Assembly: GCA_008632985.1 (NCBI GenBank)
Contig: QPGO01000027.1
Span: forward strand, 310,001 to 374,000
Origin: Psammoneis japonica
Lineage: Eukaryota
Length of the DNA stretch: 64,000 bases
Direction of reading: 5' to 3'
Position numbers and translations under genes: made by a program
In this document: positions 24,649 to 37,400 of the stretch, one piece after another
How positions within the stretch are numbered: the stretch's first letter is position 1
Layout: each line of letters begins with the position of its first letter
Notes under the pieces: model-generated
The model's database searches: none
What the model was told of the DNA's origin: nothing
What the model saw: the letters and a program-made list of their open reading frames with translations, nothing else

Positions 24649-26724
24649 ATGGCGTCGTTTAGAATCATCATTGGGGCGGTGCTAGTTTTATCCGCGTTTG
24701 GTGGCTCAGATAGGTTGCGCAGAAGCAACGGAGAGGTTGTGGAATCACCCCATAGTACCACGGCATATTCTTCTGCAGAAATTGCTGAACGTCGGTATCA
24801 CGCTTCGGGTGGACAACGGCGACACCTTCAAGGGTTCCAGTTTCCACGAGAGCCTGTTGACTATGATGAAAGCAATGATGATTTAAACCAATTCGAATCG
24901 GCTTCCTGACAGAGCCACTTGAAGACATACGAGGAACTAGCCCAGAGATTAACACCACCATTGACACTATATTGGAGGTGAGTTCTTCGAACAAGAAATC
25001 GAACGATGTTGAACTTATACGAATTGCTTCAACTATCTTTATATCGCGTTTCTCCGGCATCTTGATCAAACGCAGATTCTTCCTCTGGTTCAAGAGAGGT
25101 GGTCCCGGCATTTGTTTGTGAATCCATCGACCGGTGCAGTACCGGTTACCATGATGATTGCAGATTTGCCATAAATTATGACACTTTTTCACTTCCCGAG
25201 AGTGTAAACAATACGGATCTCTTGATTGGGGTCTTTCTTGACTTGGAGTCTGATGGCTGTACTGCAAGTTCCGTTGCTTTTGCAACAGCATGCACCTTGG
25301 ACCAACACGATCGGCCTATTTTTGGCATTATCAATTTCTGCAGATTATTAGATGACTCGAGAGAAAAGCGAATGGAAGCAACGCTTGTTGCTCTTCACGA
25401 GACAGCTCACGCGCTCGGCTATGATTCTCGCTTGTTCAAATATTTCAGAAACGCCACAACAGGTGAACCTTTGACGCCACGACCCTTTATGCAAAGCACC
25501 GTCCAATGCGTGGACAACACCACAAGATCAATGCTATTTCCAGCACAAAACACCTTGCGAGTGGGACAATCAAGCCTCGGTCTGCTTCACTATGAGCTTG
25601 TGACACCCCGCGTTCAAACGGTAGTCCGCAATCACTTTAACTGCCAAACCTTGGAGGGAGCGAGACTGGAAAACCAACCGACAAACCCTCTCGATTGCAC
25701 GGGATCGCATTGGGATGAACGTTTATTCTTGAATGAGCTCATGTCGCCCATTGTTGATTTAGGCGGCGAAGCAAAAGGCAACGTCCTTTCGCCGCTTACC
25801 CTTGCGCTGTTTGAGGACAGTGGCTGGTATAGAGTGTGGTATGGCGATTCTGAAAAACTCTCCTTTGGACAAGGACGAGGCTGTGACTTCGTCACTAAGG
25901 ATTGTATAGTTGACAACAAGATACCTGATTATGGAGCGGACGTGTTTTGTGACCATCCTTTAATCTTTAATGGAGAACTACCACGAGACTGGGACAACCC
26001 GGTCACCTGCAACCCCTCGCACACCAATTTGGCTTTCTGTGATTTGTTGGATCGCTCTACAGTACCCCCTCGTTACAACCTTGAGGGAATTCCAAGCTAC
26101 TTTGACAATTCAAACTTGGTGAGCCTGAATCAGCGAGCTGACTTTTGTCCGCTTCCACTTGAGAAACTGAGAAACGGCCAGTGTGACAGCGATGATACCC
26201 GTGACCGGTCTATATTCTTTCTTGAAGAAAATTATGGTCCAGGGAGCCGTTGTGTCAATGCAATACTCGATAGATCTCTCATTGCACCAAACGGAACATC
26301 AGTTCCTGGACCGCATCGACGAGGAGCCTGTGTTCAGCTCGTTTGTGACCATGAAAACTTTCGAGTTGTAGTGGCTGGAAAAGTTTGTGAATTTGATGGG
26401 CAGACGATTCAGGCGTCGCAAGGTCGTGGTTCCTTGATATGCCCTCCACTTGCAACAGTATGCCCAGACATGTTCTGTCCAGGTAGCTGTTCAGGTCGAG
26501 GTGTCTGTAACTACGACGTCGTTCCTCCTTCGTGTGAATGCTTTGACACGGCAGACGTCTCGCCATCCTGCAGCAAACCAACAACGGGTCCATCATTTCC
26601 TCCCAACGTATCACCTTCTCCCACTGCAGCGCCTCAAGCCAACTTGGGAAGCTCTATGGCATCAAGAAGGAGTTCCACGCTTGGTGTTATCGCAATGCTT
26701 TGGGTCATGGTTGCGGGTATGTGA
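24649..26724 (+). CDS. Leishmanolysin-like (peptidase M8 / GP63) zinc metalloprotease, probably GPI-anchored
   Basis: Signal peptide; HETAHALG zinc motif, GSHWDER, NELMSP, LSPLTLALFEDSGWY, RADFCP; EGF-like module and hydrophobic C-terminus. The 5' part has an intron (~24978-25075) and frameshifts. Confidence 0.92.
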
Positions 26725-27084
26725 TGCCCCCATTTTTGCATATTAAACCGTGCTGTGTTGTGCTATCGAAAACGCACTGCTCATTCTACTACTTCTATAT
26801 CGGGGGATAGTGTCTGAAACTGAAGGACCTTTGCAGTTAGTCTACTGCAATTTGATAATACTGCAATTTGATAAGCCGCCATGCGGCACTTGGGTGAAGG
26901 CCCTAATACATGACGTGTGTGCCTATGCCGTTTCGCTGTTGACGACTAGCGAGTAGAAGACTCACTCTTTTGGGACGCTGTTTTATGTTTTTCTACTTTC
27001 GATTACGCTAGACTCTCGATCTAGCCGTAGAGAGTAGAGTGAACTGTAGACCAGTCTTTCGTTCGGGGGGGGGGGGGGGGGGGG

Positions 27085-27790
27085 GACGTCTCTGAACAGC
27101 TGTCCAAAGAATCTCGTTGCTGTTCCACCATAAACCTGCAAATCTTTTGCCACATTCACCACTCAAACATCCTGCAGATGTTGGCATCAAGCTCAGGCCT
27201 GCATCTCCGCACTCAAGCATGTGGCCCTTCTTCTTGACACAGCCATTCCAAAGCAACCACCACCTCCTCCACCTCTGGTTGCTGGCTTGCCTGCCCTTCC
27301 ACCAACCCTTCAACTGACACACCACAAAACAACATGCAGACCTAACATGACCACATGTCTCAACCAAGCAGATGTTTGGGTTTTCTGATTGGTGGCTGAC
27401 CACCTGGGCTCCATGCTCCATCGGGCGCTTCGTGCTCTTTTGTGTCTCCATCTCACACCTCCTTTTTGTTGGCGCACCTCCTCTGACTCCCCTTGCTCCA
27501 CCCTGGACCTCTGCTTCTTCCCCTTTCAATGCCCATCTGCCTGTGATTCCTTCTCCTTTGCAACCAACTCCCCCCTGAGGCCTGCTTTCCTGGGCTTCAG
27601 CCATCTGGGATTGCCGGCCACGCTCGCTGCCTGGGGCAGCGCTGCTGCTCCCACTGTGGTCTTCAGAGCATTGGCCATGCTGTCACCTGGCCCCTCTTTG
27701 GTTCAGCATGCCTGACATGCCCCAAAACTCGACAAATCACTTGCTTCACCCTCTCAAACAACCTGCCGCTGTTTCCATCCCCGTGTGACT
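27085..27790. repeat. TpA-depleted repeat fragment preceded by a poly-G run
   Basis: Abrupt loss of TpA relative to both flanks; G-run at 27065-27086. Confidence 0.5.
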
Positions 27791-28713
27791 GCACTGTCGC
27801 TTATCTCGCGCCCGTGTGCGCGGTTATTAGACTGTGTAGGCGTGTGTGCGTGTGTGAGGTGTAAGTAGAATATACGTAGAATTACTACTGATGAGTTGAC
27901 AGGCGGTGGATTTTCCGCCGGTACACAATCTACGCGGTCTACATGGAACATAAATTTATGTGGGTCTCTGAGGATTTTACATATCATTAACATTTCTTTG
28001 GTCTTTAAAATATACATACCCAAATTCAAAAAAGTGAGGAACACCCCGAAACACATTTTAGAATCTGTATAAAAAAAATTTCTATTTAACGGTCCGAACA
28101 GGTTCGCCCCGAAGCGCTTCTCAAAATATCCTCATTTTGTATATAGTAAAACATCTACTATTACCAAAACAGAGTCACTATCGGATAAATAGATCCCGTG
28201 TTCTTCGCGCGCAAACAACACGATAACGCACAACAACACCATGGCGAGAAACGCGAACGCCGTCCCCTCATCTACAAGTTGGGAATACGAGATACTATTG
28301 AAGTGGTTGGACAATATGTATGCGCTGTATTCATGGGTCAAGTTGGGTTTCTTCTCGTTGCTTGTTGTTGCGTCATTTTACTACGTTTTGACCCACGCCG
28401 TGTTCTTTGCTTTGTTGCTTCTGCTCGCGCGCGCGCCACCAACAGCTCTTCCTGCAGGGTATGGCTAGTTGCTCATCACATCGAACCCAAACGTGCGCGA
28501 CCAACTAGCCCTACCCCGGCTAACTCATAGCTTCGCTTTTATTTGCTCGCTCAGCTCGCTTTTGCCAACCCGTCACCGTCTGCACTCCATCCGTACCCCT
28601 TGGTGACGTTTCGTTTTTCATAGGAGTATTTTATTTTGAAGAGCGGCATTGTTGTTTTCAGTTTGTTGTTGGTATTGGTTTCCTTCGGCTTTTGATTGAT
28701 AAAGTATACGACT

Positions 28714-30514
28714 ATGCTTTACAATAATGCTTTGAGACGACCGAGAAGCCGCAGGAGAAGACATGCGTCTCATGACGATGTGGAGGCTGCTGTTTCTTCC
28801 GAATGGTGCGATACAGCATCGAGTCGTCGGAATGCCAACGTCGCTGCTTGTGACGGTGCCAAGGGCAACAAAGTGGCTTCGAGATACACAATGGTGTATA
28901 AGCGAAAGGTCTATTCAGTCCGAAAAATTGATTTGCATCTTGTAATGCTGATGGCAATGTGCATCAGTGTTCTGATATTCTCCTCTAACTACGCTGCGAC
29001 AAATTCACATTTGAAAGAATCTGTTTCCGACACGACGTTTCGTCCACGTACTGTTCGACAACTCGACGAAATTCCTACATCAACGTCTAAACAAGAAGCG
29101 AACCCAGACTATGGTGGTCTCGAGTTTGTTTCACTAAAGAATGCAAAAGGAGACCTGTTCACCCGCTTCCTTGATCCGTTGAGTGAGGCTGCATATGAGG
29201 CGAAAAGAATGGATATGATCATGAAATCCAACGAAACTGAAAATGAAATGACGAAACAGATGATTGTCGAGCTCCCAACTGGGAATCGGATTACTATCCC
29301 AATTGCAACACCTTTCACGAAATCGACATGTCATGGTCACACAACGACGGGAAAACTCCAGGCATCAACATTGCATCACGCCTCTTGGGTCAAGGTGGTT
29401 ATCGAAACTCCTGGAAACTCGTATCCTACACGAATGATCCTTGGATACTAAAGACTATCCGAATGTGGAGAAGAATTGGAATGCGAGACGCGACTATCGT
29501 TAAGCGCGATGCCTTGATTATGGACAAGCTGAGCTCATCAAACAGAATCGTAGATATGTATGGTCATTGTGGCACATCAGTTTTTGTTGAAGAATTGGAT
29601 GACGGCTTGGAGGATTACGTTGTTCCTGGTACAGGCTACATAAATCCCGAAGATTTGGACGATGAAAAGGAAGTGAAGCCGAAAAACAATTTGACAGTGA
29701 CAGAAAAGCTAGACATTGCCCTAAAAATGGCTGAATCAATTGCCGAGATGCATGGCTACAAGGTAAGACATTCGTTGACTCCGAAATTGCTGTAAGAAAA
29801 ATCGAACAAAAGTGCATATGACAGTTTCTAATCTTCTTTGACTAGGATGGCGTAATCGTCCATGGAGACATTCAGATCATACAGTGGATGAGAACAAAAC
29901 ATGGTGAACTAAAACTGGGAGATTTTCATCGTTCACAAATCATGGAGTGGAGCGAAAGTAAGCAAGAATACTGCTCATTCATTCTCGAAGGTGGAGGAAA
30001 TGTAAGTGTTTTTCCGCCATCATTTTTGCAGTTTACTGTTGCAATCTCATTGCCTCACACAGCCCGACTTGATTTGCCTGTGGATCTTCGTCGATCACAA
30101 ATAGCAACGTTCTCCTGAAGAATACGACGAAGGACAATGCACTGAAGCCATCGATGTCTTCAGTTACAGTAACATAATTTACTCCCTATTAACTGGCCTG
30201 TGGATGTTCTACGACAATGACGACTACGATGAAGTTCAGGTACGTTGAAGGCGAAGTTGCGAATGCTGGCTGACTTTTCGCAAAGCCAGCTACTAACATT
30301 GTTTGTGGCTTTGACACTTCAGAAACTTGTTGTCGCCGGAAAGCTTCCTTATGTAGATGACCGATACCGGACAAGAAGCTTTGTGGAAAGCAAGCTTGTG
30401 TCTGTAATGGAACGCGGCTGGAAATACAATGCGTCTGATCGGATTGGGATATTTGAAGTTGTGTCGATCCTGCGACAAGTAAAAGAAGAGAACAAGAAGC
30501 GGTCGAAAGCATGA
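28714..30514 (+). CDS. Type II membrane protein kinase-like (PKDCC/VLK-like architecture), copy 1
   Basis: Basic N-tail, TM segment, YYPNCNTFHEID, LGQGGYR, LKTIR, VHGDI, LKLGDF, RSPEEY, IDVFS. Introns at ~29763-29846, ~30002-30103 and ~30240-30321; one frameshift near 29245. Confidence 0.85.
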
Positions 30515-30539
30515 TGCACCCCGTACATAGCTGAGCCCT

Positions 30540-30940
30540 CTAGAGTCGAGTGCAATGGCCTGGTCCTCAGCAACAGCCATAGTGTGAACCGCGGTGAAGC
30601 TTGTGTCTCTGTCGTCGCTTCTCCAGCTTGAATATAATCCACGTCTCCCAACCTTTCCGCGGAGAAAAGCAAACACAATGGCTGCGTGACCCAGCATCTG
30701 TAGAAGCAATTATTAAAGTAACAGTGAGACTCTCTTTAGAAGAGGCAACCCCAGTGACAAGCACTGGGTTTGAGACGATGTTACGGCATGGAGATGTCAT
30801 CTGCCTATACTTGCTGTTTGAGCTATCGTGTTGTGCATGTGCAACAGATCTGATGTAGTCAGTGTAGCCCCTTCCATAAATCAAAGATGAAACACAGTTA
30901 ACGATGACTTCGAAACAGCAACATGTCCAATTGTCTTCCA
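30540..30940 (-). pseudogene. Orphan duplicated last exon of the GH3 gene
   Basis: Aligns with 46109-46510 (MTSPCRNIVSNPVLV.., FLRGKVGRRG..FTAVHTM). Frameshifted, with no upstream exons. Confidence 0.75.
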
Positions 30941-33471
30941 TTTTGAATTTGGATGCTGTCCTTCTCCCGAATTTTCAAATGCACACACATCCAAAAAACA
31001 GTTTGCGGGGAATGCAATGCCATGACATGCCAAACCTGGTCATCACCAACATCAACAATGCCATGTTCAGAATGTAGATTCAGAAACATTGGGATCCTGA
31101 ACGGACAGAAATCCAATTCTGTGCAGCAGGAAGAGGTGCAGTTTCTTCCAGTCAATTTTTTTGCCGGATCCAAGATTTCAGTGTGAGAGAGATAAGAATC
31201 ATGGCTGGCATTGTTGTTTTGACTTTTGTTGTGTTGATTGGGGGTTTCCTTTGGCCATTGTTTGATGAGGTCAGAAAGCATGTGAATGCATTTTGGAACA
31301 ATGCTTTGAGATGACCAAAAAGCCACAGGAGAAACATTTGAAGTGGAGAAAGCTTCTGCCATTTCTTCTGCACTGTGCTGTGATGACACAGCACTGAACG
31401 GGGCCAGGATGAGGAATGTCCTTCTAACCACCACCCTTGCAAAGCTTTGCTCTGCAGTCAATGCAGTGCAGTCCACAAGGACACTGCTGCTCATTTTTGA
31501 CTTGTTCCAGACTTAGGTGGCGCGCACATGCCCCTTTTCGCAGAAAAAAAATTTTTTATGCTTTATACAACATCGTACATATTTCATCATTTTGATCATA
31601 TTTTAATTGCTTATAAGTAAAATAAACAGAATAAACTCGAACAAACAAACAGCCAAACCGGCCATGGCTTTCAGTGACCATGACGGCCCACTTTTTTCAG
31701 CCTTATGGAAAATTTAATGTCATGACGAGGACCTCCGTATTTGATATAGTCTATGGCATCAACAACAATAGTGAAAATGCTTGTTACAGGTTGCAGCGCG
31801 GCACAATAACACTGAATCTGTCAGCAACAACAATTGAGCCTCAATTCACTCACAATTTGCCTCTAAGGACCATTTCTTTGCCATTACCATGTATACTTCC
31901 TCAATATATTCGACGGATTCAAGTGTCTCAATTGTTTATGCCTCTTAAACAGTGAAAAATGGTCCGAAGTCGACGCCATTGCGTGGGCTGAGCTACCCTT
32001 CTTCTCACGTCGTCCGAAACTTATTAATCAACGTATGTTTTATTCGATCCGTTGAATCAAAGTTGTATTCGCGCATTGTAACCAAAGATTAATTATGTTA
32101 TGTTAGAGGGTTAATTTATATATAAGAATAATATTTTATACGTTTCTACACACATTTAGACATCTATAAATCGCTCCTCGGAAAACAGAGCTCTCAACTT
32201 GCGGTACAATTTAGGGACTAATAACTGAGTCCATCGACAGTTTCGAATACATGGGTACACGCACAAGACCTTTCTGTATGTACCCATAACAACACATTTG
32301 AAAATTGTTATGTTTTTACTATCGAAAATGGTGCCGCAAGTGTGGACCGCGCGTTTCATGCGAAAAGGGTCATTTTTTCGCGCGTGAGGGCACCTAAGTC
32401 TGGAACAAGTCTTTTGCAAGAGCCAGAGATTCAGCAATGGGGCCTCATGTGGGTGCCTCAGTGACAGCCAGCCTGTGAGCCTGAAGGACTTGTTTTGGAC
32501 ACAGAGGCTGCAACAGCCACAGCAGTCTGTTGAGCCTGCATGTCAAGCCATTGTCAGGATCAAGTGCAAGCTGCACTGCCTTGTGCACCAACAGCCAGCG
32601 TCATGGGCTCCTCTCTTCAACTTAAACAGGAGCACACCACTTTGCAGTGCAGCCAGCAAAAAAAACACAAGGAAAAAGCTCTGTTGGGTCATCAGCCAAA
32701 GTTCCTAGAGATTGTGATTGCAAGAGGGCCGAGACTCAAACACTTGGCCACATGGGTGAAGCATGGCTCCAACTTTGTTTGGGCAGCAGCAGATTTGAAC
32801 AAGACAAGCTGACATTGAGAGGAGGCAGTGACAGTCCAAAGATTTCACAATGAAACAAAGTCAACAGCACCAGTGTTGCATGGCAGAATCTGAGCTCTGC
32901 TCTGCAAGCAGAGTGAGACAGAAGCCACAGACATGATGGGGTGCATGGCTCATGGTTGTGATGAGCCCACCAGAAGCATCATGATGCACGGTTTGTTTTT
33001 GGGTTGTTCTGAGATTGCCGCAAAAGCAGAAACTTGCTCACATGTGCACATTCATTGTGCACCTCCTGTCTGCATCTGAGTGGGAGCCATCTTGGCCTTG
33101 GTTGCATGACAACAGATGCTGGCCTCTTTCAAACATTTTTGAGGTCTTCTTTCTGGCAACACACGCTGGTGTTTGTCCAACCTTGAGGACTTTGCTCATG
33201 AGATTTTGCAGCCAGCCTAGATGCTCTGCCATCACATTCAAGAATTTGAGGGGAAGTTGAATTTGAAGATGTGTTTGGGTTGATGGCTGTGCACATGGGC
33301 TTGTGTGTGTGCGCACTGCCAAGGATGCAGAGCCCAGGTCCAAACACTCTTTTTTTTTTCAGGAAAGCTGCCACAAGCACATGGCACATGACAACAGAAC
33401 TTTGTCAGCATTGTTCCAGTGCTGTCATCAACAGGATGCCCCCAGCTCAAGTGTTTTGAGGATGGAGTGCC
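30940..33471. repeat. Old TpA/CpG-depleted repeat hosting the MITE and the Gypsy; continues at 43426-~43990
   Basis: Composition. The Gypsy TSD tgcc joins 33471 to 43426. A weak minus-strand CPFRI...W.V...H motif might be Mutator-related. Confidence 0.55.
31499..32411. mobile_element. MITE with perfect 21-bp TIRs
   Basis: gacttgttccagacttaggtg (31499-31519) / cacctaagtctggaacaagtc (32391-32411). Flanked by tttt on both sides (probable TSD). AT-rich and TpA-rich interior. Confidence 0.88.
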
Positions 33472-33997
33472 TGCAGCATGCCTCGCCACTGGACAACACG
33501 GCGAGACCGTGCACAAGCCTCTTGTGCGTGGCAACGCAGTGTTGTCAACACGCACCTGGGAAGCACGACCACAGGAGGGCGTGGCTCTGGGTCTCAGGCA
33601 ATTCCAGAAGGATGCCAAGAGAGCATCCGTGTGAAGCACACTGGCCCGTCGTCTGGCCCACGATGGCAGCGTGATTCCACATGATGACATCACTCGTGCA
33701 TGGCGCGTGATGGCTTGATTCGCACGATCCACAATGCGAACGCACGATCGACCCAATGCGATCCAAATGCAAACGAATGGGGATTTGGCAAGATTCCCTG
33801 TTTGCACGATCCCATTTTCTCCACTCTAAACTAGCTCACAATTTTCACAACGACAAAGTCGCAACACATCTTCTTTTTCAGTGCCTGGCACATGCACAGG
33901 GCACAGCAATGTCACTCCCGCACATTGTGCGAGGTGATGAAATCTGCAGAAACGAAACTACGAAATGTTGGTGGGACCGACAAATCTTAAAACGACA

Positions 33998-34428
33998 ATG
34001 AAGAAGCGGATTGAGCCGCCGATTCCGTTCGCACGGCCGGAGAAGAAAGAGCTGCAGCAGGGCGAGCACCAGATGTTCAAGCTGCGTAACAACCCCACTG
34101 ATCCGGATGGTCCAACACACGAGATGGGCATTCCCCACCTTTCTGCGGCTGCATGCGAGACACTCCCAATCTTTCTGCGCAACGTGGATCGCGTGCACGA
34201 AGGACAAAACATCACGACCGGGCCAGCGAAATTTGCCCTCATGCGTGACCCACTGCAGGGCAATGCTCTGATGTCATTTGACAATGCCGCTGACAAGCAG
34301 GCATCCCAAGCCAACGCTGCGCATGCAGCATGCGTCGTGAAGCTAAAGGAAAGCATCTTCCCACATGGGGCAGTGCTGCTGCAGAAGCGTTGTCTGAGGC
34401 GCTTCATGCGCAAGCCCGCAGAGGCTTC
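33998..34428 (+). pseudogene. 5' part of gag of the outer Gypsy
   Basis: MKKRIEPPIPFARPEK...QKRCLRRFMRKPAEAS joins in frame to 39162 (ARDCVARAVEING..QFPP) once the inner element and one TSD are removed. Confidence 0.85.
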
Positions 34429-37400
34429 TGCAGTGTGCGACTGTTGTGTGCACATTTGTGATTACACATTGTTTGTGTGTCAATCGCACCACAGTCGTGG
34501 ATGCGCACAAAGGACAGAACGATCACACAGAGTTGATCGGATGTCGAGAATTGCAAATACGATCGATTGACGATGTTGACATCTTGCGTGTCAATGGCAA
34601 TCGCATCCGGACAATCTGTTGTCACGAACATGTTCTCCGAAAGGCCTTTTGTCTGTAGAAGCAGCACAGAAGCTTTAGGCCATTGAGAACTCATTCGGAG
34701 AAACCAAAAATCACAGAGTAAAATCTAATCTCATAATTTCCACTTTTCGTACACTGTTCTACTTTCGTTTACACTCGTTCTTCGAGCACAGTGCATTGTG
34801 CACACACACCACAGAAGGTAAAAAGCACGGAAAATGAAGATTTTAACTAATGTGCCTTTGTAAATTCTTCTACAAACAGGAACGAATCGCATCAGTTCTG
34901 CTGGAATCGATTTCCGAGCGGAAGAAGCTCAAGCCGAGCAGCACCTCAAGATGGAACGCTGTTTTTCGTCTACCAGACAAGAGGATTCGCTCTGGTGCGG
35001 TCTGTTCCAAGCACCCAAGGATCAAGGGCTCTCAAGCACACCGCATTATCAAAAAAATCTACACCAAGTCATGGTTGCAGAGAATGCAAGTTCCGAGTCG
35101 ATCAGATCCGAGAAATGCGTCTACCATGCAAGGAGAGACTGTTGGAGAGTTTTTTGAGACCGAATCGATGATCCTCGAGTCCAAGGAGCAAGATGGAACC
35201 GTTGAAAAGCACCTCAAGAGTCTCGTGTCTCATGTCTTTCCAAGAATTGCACTTCAGAATCAGAGTTGTCATTTTCAAGACGACCTGAAGAAACCAGAGC
35301 TGCTTGACAGCAAGAAAGCCTCTGTTAGACCCAAGAGGTCAATGATGAGAGTCTGTGCGACCCTCAGATGGATTCTAAGTCGAATCTAGCGGGAAACCGA
35401 GCACTGATTTGTCAGCTGTCACTCGCACCGCAAGGATGGCAGCACCAGTCTACTGTCCAAAACAATCAACTGTTGCAACTCATCCTTGATGAGCTGATTA
35501 AGTTTTGAGTCATCTGTGGGTCGTTCATGACGTCCGTGACGAAAAAACACATCAACTCAGGCTCTGACAGCGCAGTTGGTTCCAAAATAAAAAAGGTTCC
35601 AAATTTGGTTCCAAAAATGGTCTCCCACATGGCACCAGAACAATCCAAAGTGAATGCAAGGTCTCATCTTTGAAAAAAGAATACCCACATCACGGATTGA
35701 AGCCATTCTAAAAATGAACTGGCAAAAGAGTGCAAGGGTGACTCTGAAAGAGACCCAAAAATGCGCCGTTCAAATGGCAATCGCACGCGGTCGCGTCGCG
35801 ACAACGAAAATGCCGCTCGCAAAAAAAGAGATGAACGTCATGATTGATCAGGCGGTTCAAAAAATGCTCAAAGCGAGTTCCTTGAACAAAGAAAAAGAGC
35901 ACAAGGGCAAAGAATCAGATTCTGATGCCCTCAGTGAAGAAAAGTGCCAATTTGATCGGATGATCCAGACTGAATCCGAAGAATGATTTTGGTCTGTTCA
36001 CGAATTGCATGCTTTACTGGACATCAGGAAGCCTAGAAAAAAGGCAGAAATAATTCACACTGGTCCAGGAGTCATCATTTATGTGAACACTTCCTTGGGA
36101 AAGGAGAAAAAAAAAAAGCATCTGCGTGTTCCTATCGACAACGGAACATCGTCAACCACAATTTTGCGCAAATTCGTGCGAAAGTTGAGAACACAAGAAT
36201 CCGCCACCAAAAACTTGGGAAACCAAGGGTGAGCTCTTTACGACTGGTGGTAAACACCGAATTCAGTTCTCACCATGCGAAATTTAAGGCATGCTGACAT
36301 GCAAACAGCATGTGTTGAAAACACCAAATTTTCTTCAGGTTCAAATGATGTGATCATGGGACGCGACTTAATGTCCAGTCCTGCAAGTCATGTTGGACTA
36401 CGCAAATGAAGAAATCTAATGGGAAGAAGCAATTGCCTTATGAAGAATGTTCGTGCACTCTTCGATGCCGATGTTTTCAAGCTGAAAACCGATCACATTG
36501 AAAAATGTGACGCCGTGAATAGAGTCAACAACGGAACCAATGGTCCTCAACTCACATTGTCACGCCATCGATCTTAATCAAGTGACAACTACGGTGATGC
36601 ATCTAACCCAAATGAACACAACCAACTCAATCTTCTTCTTAAGAGGTTGAAATCGTTTTGAAAAGTTCCTCAGACGAATGCATGGGAAGCATCAGTGGAT
36701 CTCATCGTGGAAAATCTGACGCGATTCCACAACGCGTGAGAACCTTCTCCTATCATAGTCTTTGGAGGCGTCCAATCAAAAGGAGTTTGACCTGTTATGA
36801 AAGATTGAAGTCTCAAGAATGAAATTGCTCTGAACAAGTCGCTCTGAGACTCATTGTCTAAAGAAAACAGGTCGAGTTCGACCGCATCCGACACTCAGAA
36901 GCTTAGCACAAGGTTCATACAGGTGGCGCATCCTTTACCCAATATTCAGGAAATACTGTTGAAGCAAGAACGTTTCATACATGCAATCTATTTGATTCAA
37001 ACATGGAATGCCACCATGTCAAATAAAAAAAGCACACGTTGTGCTCACACAAAAATCATGCCGTGGGGAGAAAATGAGTACTATGGACTTCCAATGAGAA
37101 TCTATAGAGCCCCAGATAATTTTATACAACACTTGAGTGAACTCACAACAGGTTTGAAGTTGTCAGAACGACCACATGTGATCGTTTGTGCCTGACAAAA
37201 GTAACTTCAAAATATCACCTGCACAAGTAACAGCTTAATGCGGCATTCAAACGACTAGAACAGTCGCTTAGAAGGTTAACAACAAAAGTCCTTCACTATT
37301 TAACTTGAAATAAACTATCAAGACTTCCATACGTAACGACATGCAATCGATTACAAAGAAAATGGAGGCGATTCAAGCAATCGCAACACGAGAAAAACGT

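Noticed and set aside
27065..27086. Poly-G run as a functional G-quadruplex or element terminus
   Set aside because: No partner terminus found, and homopolymer length is unreliable in this assembly.
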